From an uncultured Bacteroidota bacterium (GTDB lineage: Bacteria; Bacteroidota; Bacteroidia; Bacteroidales; FEN-979): 64,000 nt of DNA. The position numbers and the translations under genes are program-made. This document shows positions 16,293 through 25,236 of the stretch, piece after piece (the first letter of the stretch is position 1; the number at the start of each line of letters is the position of its first letter). The stretch spans positions 752 to 64,751 of the forward strand of contig CALCGJ010000247.1 of assembly GCA_937900965.1 (NCBI GenBank), in the 5' to 3' direction. A model generated the notes under the pieces. That model saw nothing but the letters and a program-made list of their open reading frames with translations, made no database searches and was not told the DNA's origin.

Positions 16293-17936
16293 ATGAAGAA
16301 AATACTAATCATAGTGTTGGCTATAAGCTTCGGTTTTCCGGGGTTCAGCCAGGAAGAGATGTCCACTGTCTGGTCAAAAGACATGGGAATCAAGATTACC
16401 TTTTCAGGTACCGGGCTTGAAGTGAATGATTACAGTTATGTCGCTGATGCGAAGCAAATGGCTGTTTTCAGCAACAAAGACGGAAGCATTTATTGGAATA
16501 AAACCTTCCAGGAGATTGCACCAAACCTGAAAAAGATTGATGAACTTGTGCCCTTCTGGAAATCCAATGTTATTTTCCTGTTCGACAGAAAAATAGGGAA
16601 GGACCAAATTGCGTGTATCGATCTGACGAATGGTAAACTCTTATGGTCAACAGACAAATACCAAAACATTACCGAAGAGATGATCGTTTATATTGAAGAG
16701 GATGATGGCTTTGCAATCTCCCTTAAAAAGGAACTGGTTTACATAAAGGCACTTACCGGCGAAGAGGTCTGGTCGACAACTAAATTTCAAGGTGTTGTGG
16801 GAAAGTATATATACAACAAAGATGACCAAACAATGACTATGGTAAATTTTGTCCCAAATGGCATTGTTGCTTTTTTTACAGGTTTAAAAAATCAAATTGT
16901 CAGGATCAACATGAAGAATGGGGAGGTAATCTGGGAAAACACCTACATCGGAAGAGCCGACAGAAAAATAATCACCAAAGATTTTATCTACGATCTTGAA
17001 CTGGACGGTGACAAAGTCATTCTTCGGCTGGCTGGTATCCAGGTTTACGATTACAATACCGGTGCCACTCTTTGGTCGGCAGCATTTGACTATACACCCG
17101 AAGGAATTGTAAAACCACCCCCTAATGTTACACGCTGGGGTGTTTATGGTACTGTTGCCGATCCGGTTGTTGTTGGAGATGATATTTACATACTGGATAT
17201 GACTGACAAGAGACACCAGTTTGTAAAAAAATATGACTACCATACCGGTAAGTTATTGTGGACATCAAAAGAAGTAAAAGGTGCCAGAGCTATCCCTGGA
17301 ATGACAGTGGTGGATGATGTTGTTTTACTGCAAATTGGCGGAATGGTTGAGATACAATACACCCAAAAGATTGAAACACAGTATTATACAATTTATTACA
17401 GTGTTGTCGGGTACAGGAATGTAAAACCGAATGGTGTGCAGGCCTTTAATGCAAGTGATGGTTCACTCCTATGGGAAAGTGAAAAATTCAAAAAAGGCAT
17501 CACCAACGGAATCACAGTGGGTGGAAACCATATTGTTTGCAGCGGGAAGTCATTATACTCAATCAATATTAAAAATGGGGAAGATAATTACGAAGTACCT
17601 GTTTCCAAAGGTGGTGTCGGACTGGCAGAATTAATCCTGCCTTATGATGATGATATCGTTGTTGTGGTTGGCGAGAAAGGTTTGTCAACATTCAAGGCAA
17701 AGGACGGCTCGTTTATTAAGAATGCCATTTACAAAAGTTCAACTATGTCGGGTCAGATTGGTGACATTGTCTTGATGAAAACAGACAAGGATGACATTGC
17801 AGCCTTTGATCTGTCCACCATGACCTATAAAAAATACGATGCACGCAAAGGAGCAGAAACCTGGCTTGAGCGCGAAGATGCAAAGTATGTGTATGTGTAC
17901 GAGAAAAAGACGGTGACCAAACTCTCGACAAAATAG
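16293..17936 (+). CDS. secreted PQQ-like (BamB-type) beta-propeller repeat protein
   Basis: 547 aa with a signal peptide and six G-x-x-[LIV]-W-[SET] repeats (GKLLWST, GEEVWST, GEVIWEN, GATLWSA, GKLLWTS, GSLLWES). Confidence 0.65.
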   Translation: MKKILIIVLAISFGFPGFSQEEMSTVWSKDMGIKITFSGTGLEVNDYSYVADAKQMAVFSNKDGSIYWNKTFQEIAPNLKKIDELVPFWKSNVIFLFDRKIGKDQIACIDLTNGKLLWSTDKYQNITEEMIVYIEEDDGFAISLKKELVYIKALTGEEVWSTTKFQGVVGKYIYNKDDQTMTMVNFVPNGIVAFFTGLKNQIVRINMKNGEVIWENTYIGRADRKIITKDFIYDLELDGDKVILRLAGIQVYDYNTGATLWSAAFDYTPEGIVKPPPNVTRWGVYGTVADPVVVGDDIYILDMTDKRHQFVKKYDYHTGKLLWTSKEVKGARAIPGMTVVDDVVLLQIGGMVEIQYTQKIETQYYTIYYSVVGYRNVKPNGVQAFNASDGSLLWESEKFKKGITNGITVGGNHIVCSGKSLYSINIKNGEDNYEVPVSKGGVGLAELILPYDDDIVVVVGEKGLSTFKAKDGSFIKNAIYKSSTMSGQIGDIVLMKTDKDDIAAFDLSTMTYKKYDARKGAETWLEREDAKYVYVYEKKTVTKLSTK

Positions 17937-17960
17937 CACTTTATTATTTTATCATGTTGA

Positions 17961-17999
17961 AAACTGATCATTTCCTGGGGAGTGGTCAGTTTTTTTTTT
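17961..17999 (+). terminator. rho-independent terminator
   Basis: The stem is AAACTGATCA / TGGTCAGTTT, 10 bp with one G-U pair. It has a 12-nt loop and is followed by a run of 10 T. It lies 25 nt after the stop at 17936. Confidence 0.65.
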
Positions 18000-18002
18000 A
18001 CA

Positions 18003-18040
18003 ATTTCGCTATTTCACTATTTCACTATTTCGCTATTTTA
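18003..18040. repeat. octamer tandem repeat ATTTCGCT ATTTCACT ATTTCACT ATTTCGCT ATTTTA
   Basis: Read directly from the sequence. It contains the minus-strand TAG stop (18033-18035) of the amidohydrolase gene. Confidence 0.95.
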
Positions 18041-19682
18041 AATAGACTGTCTTCCCTCTCGACCAGGTCTGCAAAACATTTACTTCCGGAACCTCTTCCA
18101 TAGGGATCTCCATGATATCCTTGTCAAGCATCACAAAATCAGCCCACTTACCGGGTTCCAGGCTGCCATACTCTTCATCCTCAAAATTTGCTTTTGCTGC
18201 CCATATTGTCATTGACCTGAGTGCCTCCTCCCGGGTTAGCGCATTTTCGATTTGAAAACCGCCTGGGGGATACCCGGAAAGATCCTTCCGGGCAACCGCT
18301 GCATAGAACGTAAGTAAAGGATCCACCCGTTCAATGGGAAAGTCTGTTCCGTTCGGCAGCCAACCATTTTGTTTCAGCAGATCCTGATATGCATAAGCCC
18401 ATTTGATCCTTACCGGACCAAGTCGATCATCAGCCCAATACATATCTGATGTAGCATGTGTTGCCTGAACACTTGGAATGACTGAGTACTTATGGAAGAG
18501 CACAAGATCAGCAGGATCGACCACCTGGGCATGTTCAATCCGCCAGCGAAGGTCGTTCTTTCCCTTAAGAAATTCACCGTAAATATCCAGTACCTCACGC
18601 ACAGCCTTATCCCCGATACAATGAACGTTAACCTGGAAGTTATTTGCGTAGGCAAGTTCGCAAATCTCCCTGAGCGAATCAGGAGAAGAGACCTGAATAC
18701 CGGATTTTGACGGGTCGTCACTATAAGGTTGTTTCAAAAGCGCAGTACGGCTTCCCAAACTTCCATCAGCATAGAGTTTTACCGAACATATATGAAACCG
18801 GTCGTGACGGTATGGGCCTTTGGTAATGATTAACTCAATATTCTCAAAAGTGGGTTCGGCCATCGCATAGATGTGGATCTTCAACCACCCTTCCCGGAGA
18901 GCTGAATCCATCATGTTTAACATAGTATTATCAAGGCCTGCATCTGACACTCCTGTCAGCCCGTAAGAAAAACAGAGATTTTCAGCTTCCTTGAGAAGAT
19001 CCAATGTTGCTTCCGTATCTGGTTTGGGAATGATGCTCCGGATATGATCTGCAGCATTTTCGCTGAGAATTCCTGTCAGTTCTCCATTTACGATCTCTAC
19101 CTCCCCTTTTGAGAAGCCATGATTCGGGGTGATTCCTGCCCTTTCTAAGGCCTCCTGGTTAGCAAGGACTGAATGCCCGTCTATCCTTATAAGGACTACA
19201 GGCCGATCCGGCCAGCGTTCATCCAACCTTTTTTTATCCGGAAACTCCTTGATCTGCCAGAGATTCTGATCCCATCCCCGTCCTGATATCCAACCGTCAT
19301 CATCCAGTGTATCAGCCAATGAGGTTCGTTCCAGGACCTCTTCAAAAGAGGTGCACCCAACCAGGTCAATCCAACGGAGTCCAAGCGCCAACCCATAAAA
19401 ATGGCAGTGTGCATCAATAAAACCGGGGAATATTGTATGCCCACCTGCATCCAGGCGGTTTGCGGATGTATAAACAGCCAGTAAATCATCCTCGAAGCCT
19501 GTTGCAACAACCTTTCCCTCGTCTATCACCATGGCTTCGCAAACCTGACTTGCTGAATCTATTGTATAGATCCTGGCATTGGTAACAAGGGTATCCACGC
19601 TCTGCTTCATAGTACAAGATTGAGTTAATAGTATAGCCGCAAATATATACGACAAAATTAAACATCTCTTTTTCAAACACAT
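18033..19682 (-). CDS. amidohydrolase-family metal-dependent hydrolase (Amidohydro_3 / YtcJ-like), lipoprotein
   Basis: 549 aa. The signal peptide has a lipobox-like LTQSC. The metal-binding motif is FPGFIDAHCHF. Confidence 0.85.
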   Translation of the reverse strand: MCLKKRCLILSYIFAAILLTQSCTMKQSVDTLVTNARIYTIDSASQVCEAMVIDEGKVVATGFEDDLLAVYTSANRLDAGGHTIFPGFIDAHCHFYGLALGLRWIDLVGCTSFEEVLERTSLADTLDDDGWISGRGWDQNLWQIKEFPDKKRLDERWPDRPVVLIRIDGHSVLANQEALERAGITPNHGFSKGEVEIVNGELTGILSENAADHIRSIIPKPDTEATLDLLKEAENLCFSYGLTGVSDAGLDNTMLNMMDSALREGWLKIHIYAMAEPTFENIELIITKGPYRHDRFHICSVKLYADGSLGSRTALLKQPYSDDPSKSGIQVSSPDSLREICELAYANNFQVNVHCIGDKAVREVLDIYGEFLKGKNDLRWRIEHAQVVDPADLVLFHKYSVIPSVQATHATSDMYWADDRLGPVRIKWAYAYQDLLKQNGWLPNGTDFPIERVDPLLTFYAAVARKDLSGYPPGGFQIENALTREEALRSMTIWAAKANFEDEEYGSLEPGKWADFVMLDKDIMEIPMEEVPEVNVLQTWSRGKTVYLK

Positions 19683-19705
19683 AATAAATATTTTTATTGA
19701 AAGTT

Positions 19706-19713
19706 CAAAAATA
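19706..19713 (-). promoter_or_regulatory. TAnnTTTG box on the minus strand (TATTTTTG)
   Basis: Plus-strand CAAAAATA lies 24 nt upstream of the minus-strand ATG at 19682. Confidence 0.45.
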
Positions 19714-19759
19714 TGAAAACAATTTTGTGTTTCGCTTGACTTTTATTAAAATGATTTGT

Positions 19760-19767
19760 TATTTTTG
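19760..19767 (+). promoter_or_regulatory. TAnnTTTG box (TATTTTTG)
   Basis: Perfect motif ending 24 nt before the ATG at 19792. It overlaps the palindrome TTTGTGaaaCACAAA. Confidence 0.5.
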
Positions 19768-19791
19768 TGAAACACAAATTATAACATATTA

Positions 19792-20355
19792 ATGAATTAT
19801 AGAACCTTTACTACTCCAAGGTTTTTTATTGTCTTCTCAATTATTGTTGCTGCAGCGCTCATGCGATTGCTACCACACTGGCCTAACTTTACTCCTGTGG
19901 CAGCCATGGCATTGTTTGCGGGAACCTATTTCGAGAGAAAGCAGTTTGCTTTCGCCATACCAATCGCTGCTTTGTTTCTCAGCGATCTCGTTCTGGGGTT
20001 TTCTGCCCTCATGCCGGCTGTTTACCTGAGTTTTGTTATTACGGTAGTCATCGGAGCCACCATCCGAAAGCACATCTCTGTACGTAATGTTGTGTTGGCC
20101 TCTTTCGCCTCAACAGTTATCTTTTTCCTGATAACTAACTTCGCGGCATGGCTGGCATTCCCATTCTATCCCCATAATTTCCTGGGACTGATGGAGAGTT
20201 ACGCAGCAGGATTGGTATTCTTTAACGATGGATCTCAAGGGATTTCGTTCTTCGTGAACGATCTTCTCGGAACATTCTTTTTTAGTGCAGTATTCTATGG
20301 AGTCTACTACCTGGCTCACATGAGGTATCCGGTCATTGACCGGTCCAGGTTTTAG
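19792..20355 (+). CDS. polytopic membrane protein (DUF6580-like)
   Basis: 187 aa with 5-6 TM helices. The N-terminal segment AAALMRLLPHWPNFTPVAAMALFAG resembles a conserved Bacteroidota membrane family. The family name is from memory. Confidence 0.6.
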   Translation: MNYRTFTTPRFFIVFSIIVAAALMRLLPHWPNFTPVAAMALFAGTYFERKQFAFAIPIAALFLSDLVLGFSALMPAVYLSFVITVVIGATIRKHISVRNVVLASFASTVIFFLITNFAAWLAFPFYPHNFLGLMESYAAGLVFFNDGSQGISFFVNDLLGTFFFSAVFYGVYYLAHMRYPVIDRSRF

Positions 20356-20363
20356 GAGAAAAT

Positions 20364-20398
20364 CTTCTCTCTTCCCTCTCCTGGAGAGGGATGAGAAG
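20364..20398 (+). other. imperfect stem-loop (CTTCTC..CCCTCT / AGAGGG..GAGAAG) without a T tract
   Basis: Read directly from the sequence. It lies 9 nt after the stop at 20355. Confidence 0.35.
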
Positions 20399-20440
20399 CT
20401 GAGGAACAATAAAAATAAATTCATCATTGAACATGATTTC

Positions 20441-20484
20441 AATGGCGATTATCTATAGAAATATAGAGAGGTCGCCATTTTTTA
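20441..20484 (+). terminator. rho-independent terminator candidate
   Basis: The outer stem is AATGGCGA / TCGCCATT and the inner stem is TCTATA / TATAGA. It is followed by a run of T (the stem end plus downstream reads ATTTTTTA). Confidence 0.55.
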
Positions 20485-20499
20485 CAGGTAAAAATTTGG

Positions 20500-20507
20500 T
20501 ATTTTTG
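20500..20507 (+). promoter_or_regulatory. TAnnTTTG box (TATTTTTG)
   Basis: Perfect motif ending 4 nt before the GTG start of mutL at 20512. Confidence 0.4.
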
Positions 20508-20511
20508 TGCC

Positions 20512-22332
20512 GTGGGAGACATCATAAAATTATTGCCGGAATCAGTTGCAAACCAGATCGCTGCCGGGGAGGTTGTACAACGACCTGCCTCTGCGGTGAA
20601 AGAATTGTTGGAGAATGCCGTTGACTCCGGTGCCACCGAGATCAAACTGATTATCAAAGATGCCGGGAAGACATTGATCCAGGTCATGGATAACGGATGT
20701 GGGATGTCAGAACACGATGCAAGAATGTGTTTTGAGAGGCATGCCACCTCCAAAATTAAAACTACAAACGACCTTCTTGCTATAAGGACCCTCGGTTTCA
20801 GAGGTGAGGCGCTTGCCTCAATTGCCTCTATTGCACAGGTTGAACTCAAATCAAAGCAGACAGAAGAAGAGATAGGAACATCCATCCAGATACATGGCTC
20901 AGAGTTCATCTCCCAGACAGCGACAAGTTGTAGTGACGGGACCACAGTGACAGTCAAAAACCTCTTTTACAATGTCCCGGCCCGAAGAAACTTTCTCAAA
21001 AGCAATACCCTGGAAACCAAATATATCATGGAAGAGTTTAACCGGGTTGCCCTGGTTCATCACGATATCAGTTTCCGGTTGTATAATCAGGATAGAATAC
21101 TGATTCAACTCTCTCCATCAAATCTGAAACAGCGATTGGTTGCCCTTCTGGGGAGCAATTATAACCAACGACTAATTCCGCTTCAACAGGAATCCAATTT
21201 GGTTAACTTGTCGGGATTCATCGGCAAGCCTGAATTTGCAAAGAAAACCAGGGGAGAACAATATTTTTTTGCTAACGGACGATTCATCAAGAATCCATAC
21301 TTGAACCATGCTGTTGAAAATGCGTTTCAGGAGCTGATATCAAAAGATGCATTTCCAACCTATTTTATTTATATGGAGGTGGACCCTCCCTCCATTGATG
21401 TAAACATTCATCCTACTAAAACAGAGATCAATTTCCAGGATGCCAAAAGCATCTATGCAATCCTCAACGCCGCTATTAAGCAATCCATCGGTAAATACAA
21501 CCTTACACCTGCGCTCGATTTTGAAATAGAGAAATCAATGGATCTCCCTCCGATCCCGGACGACCACCCTTTCAGGCCTCCGGTTATCAAGGTCAATCCC
21601 GATTACAACCCTTTCGAAAAGCAGACAAAACCGCAGATGGAGATCAATTACAAAACAGGTGGCGGAGATGGAGGAGCTCAATGGCAGAAGCTCTTTGATC
21701 CACTGAAAGAGATTCATCCGGGTCAGGTGGGAATGCCGGAACCTGCCACACCTGCCTACCAATCTCTACAGATAGAAAACAGGTATATTGTCACACATCT
21801 CCCAAATGGTATTGTTGTTATTGACCAACAATCCGCACATGAACGCATTCTTTATGAGGAGTTCCTGCGGCAAACAAAGAATAAGGAGGGAGGAGCCCAA
21901 AAACTGCTTATCCCTCAAACTCTCCAGGTCTCTCATGATGACGCAGAGATCGTAAAGGATATTTCAGACCTTCTTCTTCAGGCAGGTTTTGAAATTTCAG
22001 GATTTGGCAAAAACTCTTTTGTTGTCCATACGGCTCCGATTGGCGTTGAATCTTCGGAAATCCAGCCACTTATTGAGGTCATCCTGGAATCCTACAAAAA
22101 CGAAACCGATGGATTCAGAAAGAAGGAGGAGAATAAGTTAGCCAGAACCATGGCTCGCAGATTGTCACTCAAACAAGGGAAGCAATTGAACCCACAGGAG
22201 GTATCATCACTCATCCGGCAGTTGATGAGCTGCGCAGTACCTGATATTTCACCAGATGGAAAACCGACCATGTTACTGTTAAGTTTTGAAGAACTAGCCA
22301 ACAAATTTAAGCATACAACCGTAACTAAATGA
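20512..22332 (+). CDS. mutL: DNA mismatch repair protein MutL
   Basis: 606 aa. The N-terminal segment IIKLLPESVANQIAAGEVVQRPASAVKELLENAVDSGA and the GHKL ATPase motifs (DNGCGM, GFRGEAL) are present. The start is GTG. Confidence 0.95.
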   Translation: MGDIIKLLPESVANQIAAGEVVQRPASAVKELLENAVDSGATEIKLIIKDAGKTLIQVMDNGCGMSEHDARMCFERHATSKIKTTNDLLAIRTLGFRGEALASIASIAQVELKSKQTEEEIGTSIQIHGSEFISQTATSCSDGTTVTVKNLFYNVPARRNFLKSNTLETKYIMEEFNRVALVHHDISFRLYNQDRILIQLSPSNLKQRLVALLGSNYNQRLIPLQQESNLVNLSGFIGKPEFAKKTRGEQYFFANGRFIKNPYLNHAVENAFQELISKDAFPTYFIYMEVDPPSIDVNIHPTKTEINFQDAKSIYAILNAAIKQSIGKYNLTPALDFEIEKSMDLPPIPDDHPFRPPVIKVNPDYNPFEKQTKPQMEINYKTGGGDGGAQWQKLFDPLKEIHPGQVGMPEPATPAYQSLQIENRYIVTHLPNGIVVIDQQSAHERILYEEFLRQTKNKEGGAQKLLIPQTLQVSHDDAEIVKDISDLLLQAGFEISGFGKNSFVVHTAPIGVESSEIQPLIEVILESYKNETDGFRKKEENKLARTMARRLSLKQGKQLNPQEVSSLIRQLMSCAVPDISPDGKPTMLLLSFEELANKFKHTTVTK

Positions 22333-23159
22333 GCTCCAATCAATACTCTCCTGCCGGATTTAAACTTCTCCCTCCAGTTGTAAAAAACCTGCTGATTATC
22401 AATGGTTTATTTTACCTGGCTACCCTGTCTTTCGAGAGTGCTTTTGGCATCAACCTGGTCAGATTCCTTGGTCTCCATTATTTCCAGTCGGAATACTTTC
22501 AGCCATACCAGTATGTAACCTACATGTTCCTGCATGCCTCGTTCGGACACATCCTTTGGAACATGTTCGCTCTCTGGATGTTCGGGTATCTTCTTGAGAA
22601 TGTCTGGGGCTCAAAGCGGTTCCTTATCTATTACATGATTACCGGAATCGGAGCAGCACTTATTCAGACATTTGTCAACTGGTGGGGCTTCTCTTCCATT
22701 CAGCAGGAAGCACTTGTATATGCCGATCAACCTACTGTTGAGGCTTTCATCGGATTTATCAAACACCATTTTCCAAATTACTACGAATACCATGATACCA
22801 TAAGAGGGTTTATCGGTGAATGGACATTAAATCCATCCAACTCTTCATATGCATCACAATCAGTTGATTACATGGATCAACTCATTCAACTTCAAATGAA
22901 TGTTCCCACTATCGGAGCCTCTGGCGCTGTTTATGGAATCTTGCTGGCCTTTGGGATGATGTTCCCGAATATGCTGGTTTATGTTTACTTCTTATTCCCA
23001 ATCAAAGCGAAGTGGATCGTTATTCTATACGGTGCATTCGAAGTATTCTCCGGGATATCCAATAACCCAAGTGATAACGTTGCGCATTTTGCTCACCTTG
23101 GAGGAATGATCTTCGGCTTTTTCCTGATACTCTACTGGAAGAAAAAAACAATTCTCTAA
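22329..23159 (+). CDS. rhomboid-family intramembrane serine protease
   Basis: 276 aa with GASGAVYG (catalytic Ser) and HFAHLGGMIFG (catalytic His). It overlaps mutL by 4 nt. Confidence 0.85.
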   Translation: MSSNQYSPAGFKLLPPVVKNLLIINGLFYLATLSFESAFGINLVRFLGLHYFQSEYFQPYQYVTYMFLHASFGHILWNMFALWMFGYLLENVWGSKRFLIYYMITGIGAALIQTFVNWWGFSSIQQEALVYADQPTVEAFIGFIKHHFPNYYEYHDTIRGFIGEWTLNPSNSSYASQSVDYMDQLIQLQMNVPTIGASGAVYGILLAFGMMFPNMLVYVYFLFPIKAKWIVILYGAFEVFSGISNNPSDNVAHFAHLGGMIFGFFLILYWKKKTIL

Positions 23160-23175
23160 TTAACAGACCGTTGAC

Positions 23176-24102
23176 ATGAATATGAATCAACAACCCTACA
23201 ATCCGTTAACTGATATCCGGAACTTTTTCAAAAAGAAATCGATACTCTCCTTTTTGGTTATCGCCAATATCGCGGTATGGCTCCTGATCCAACTGATCCG
23301 GGTACTGGCCTTTCTGTTTGACAAACCCGATTCATTTTCAGCTTTTGAGGAAGTTGTCAACTACCTTGCTGTGCCTGCCTCCATCCCAATGCTCCTGTAT
23401 CGGCCCTGGACTCTCCTGACATACATGTTTTTACATGTCAGTTTCTGGCATATCCTTTTCAACATGCTGTGGCTCTTCTGGTTTGGGCGTATTTTCCTGG
23501 AATATCTGACTGAAAAGCAGTTACTCTGGGTCTATCTTCTAGGCGGACTAGGCGGTGCATTTGCCTACATATTTGCTTACAACATATTCCCTGTATTTGA
23601 GCCGATGATAGTGAATTCATATGCTCTGGGAGCTTCGGCATCCGTTATGGCTGTTGTTACCGCTATTGCATTTTATGTGCCAAACTATACTCTATACCTT
23701 ATTTTTTTCGGAAGGGTTAAAATCGTCTATATTGCCATCGGTCTCTTTGTTCTGGATTTCTTTACAATCCCCGGAGGAAACGCTGGGGGACAGATTGCCC
23801 ATATTGGAGGGGCCTTGCTTGGATTCCTTTACATAAAGTCCCTCCGCCCTTCATCAATCACCTCCTACAGTCGCAAGAGTTCCCTTTCTTCCTGGTTCGC
23901 CAATATGTTCCTTGTACGGAAAAAAAGAGCCAGTGGTACCGGAATTCCCAAAAGGCCGGTAACTGATGAGGAGTTCAACCAGCAGAAAGCTCAACAACAA
24001 AAACAGATCGACATGATCCTTGATAAAATCTCCAAAGGTGGTTACGACAGTCTGACCAGGGAAGAAAAGGAGTTTCTGTTCAAGTCATCCGGTAAACATT
24101 GA
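23176..24102 (+). CDS. rhomboid-family intramembrane serine protease (second copy, with a basic C-terminal tail)
   Basis: 308 aa with GASASVMAV and AHIGGALLGFLY. Confidence 0.85.
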   Translation: MNMNQQPYNPLTDIRNFFKKKSILSFLVIANIAVWLLIQLIRVLAFLFDKPDSFSAFEEVVNYLAVPASIPMLLYRPWTLLTYMFLHVSFWHILFNMLWLFWFGRIFLEYLTEKQLLWVYLLGGLGGAFAYIFAYNIFPVFEPMIVNSYALGASASVMAVVTAIAFYVPNYTLYLIFFGRVKIVYIAIGLFVLDFFTIPGGNAGGQIAHIGGALLGFLYIKSLRPSSITSYSRKSSLSSWFANMFLVRKKRASGTGIPKRPVTDEEFNQQKAQQQKQIDMILDKISKGGYDSLTREEKEFLFKSSGKH

Positions 24103-24110
24103 CCTGACGA

Positions 24111-25232
24111 ATGGGTAAGTACCGCAATACATCATCCCGAATTCTTGTAAATATCCTGCTGATTTTCAATACACTGGCAGTTGCATTCATCTTCTGCTCC
24201 TATGGAGCGCAATATATCGATCCCCGCGACTCCTGGATATTCGCTCTCTTCGGACTCCTTTATCCCTGGCTTTTAATTGCCAACATCTGTTTTGTTGTCC
24301 TATGGTTGTTTTTATTTAAGAGATATGCTCTGATTTCACTCGTAGCTATCCTGATTGGCTGGCAACAGTTAAATACCATCATTGCTTTCCCTAGAGAGAG
24401 GCCTGTTCTCTTGCCCGGCCAAAACATCAACATCATTACGTGGAATGTACACGGATTCGGCGGAGAGACGGAAATCAGGGGAAAGATAAGACCGGAAATT
24501 ACCGAATACCTGAGTGGAGAAAATTCAGACCTGATATGTCTGCAAGAATTTCGGATCCATGAAGCGGAGTCATCACCTGTAATACGCAGTATGGCTCGTT
24601 TGTGGGAGTTGCCATACCGCTATGAGAAAGATTATTACGAAAAGGAGAGACATAGCGGTATTAATGGCATTGCTACATTCTCAAAGTTCCCGATAATTCA
24701 TTCGGGATACCTGCAACTGCTGTCTCAAAAATGTTTCGCTATCTATACTGATATCACTCTGGAACATGATACCATTCGGTTATTTAATGTCCATCTTGCC
24801 TCCCTGAGACTTGGGCAAAAAGATATAGACTTTTACTACAAAATCAGGAAAACAGAGACAGAAAATGTAAATCTGAAAGCCGGACTATTCAGTATTCTAA
24901 GAAAGCTGAAGCTCGCTTTCAATATTCGTGCGGCGGAGACAGACAAACTCCTGGAGGCCATTCGGCAATCTCCCTATCCTGTGATTGTTTGCGGTGACAT
25001 GAATGATTCTCCTTTTTCCTATACATACCGTCAGCTCACTCAATCACTTTCGGATGCTTACAGGGAAGGCGGTGAGGATTTTTTCGGGAGTACATATGAC
25101 GGAGCACTTCCAAATTACAGAATTGATTTCATCCTGTATGACAGCTACTTCAAAGCGTTTTCTTATAAAAAACTGGATGTCCGTTTTTCAGACCACTTAC
25201 CGATTTCAGGTTTAATCATGGTAGCGAATTAG
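24111..25232 (+). CDS. endonuclease/exonuclease/phosphatase (EEP) family protein with N-terminal TM helices
   Basis: 373 aa with 3 TM helices, followed by ITWNVHGF, LICLQEF, VCGDMNDS and SDHLPI motifs. Confidence 0.8.
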   Translation: MGKYRNTSSRILVNILLIFNTLAVAFIFCSYGAQYIDPRDSWIFALFGLLYPWLLIANICFVVLWLFLFKRYALISLVAILIGWQQLNTIIAFPRERPVLLPGQNINIITWNVHGFGGETEIRGKIRPEITEYLSGENSDLICLQEFRIHEAESSPVIRSMARLWELPYRYEKDYYEKERHSGINGIATFSKFPIIHSGYLQLLSQKCFAIYTDITLEHDTIRLFNVHLASLRLGQKDIDFYYKIRKTETENVNLKAGLFSILRKLKLAFNIRAAETDKLLEAIRQSPYPVIVCGDMNDSPFSYTYRQLTQSLSDAYREGGEDFFGSTYDGALPNYRIDFILYDSYFKAFSYKKLDVRFSDHLPISGLIMVAN

Positions 25233-25236
25233 CAGG

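Noticed and set aside
20439-20957. 172-aa minus-strand ORF
   Set aside because: It is antisense to the highly conserved 5-prime end of mutL and has no recognisable motifs.
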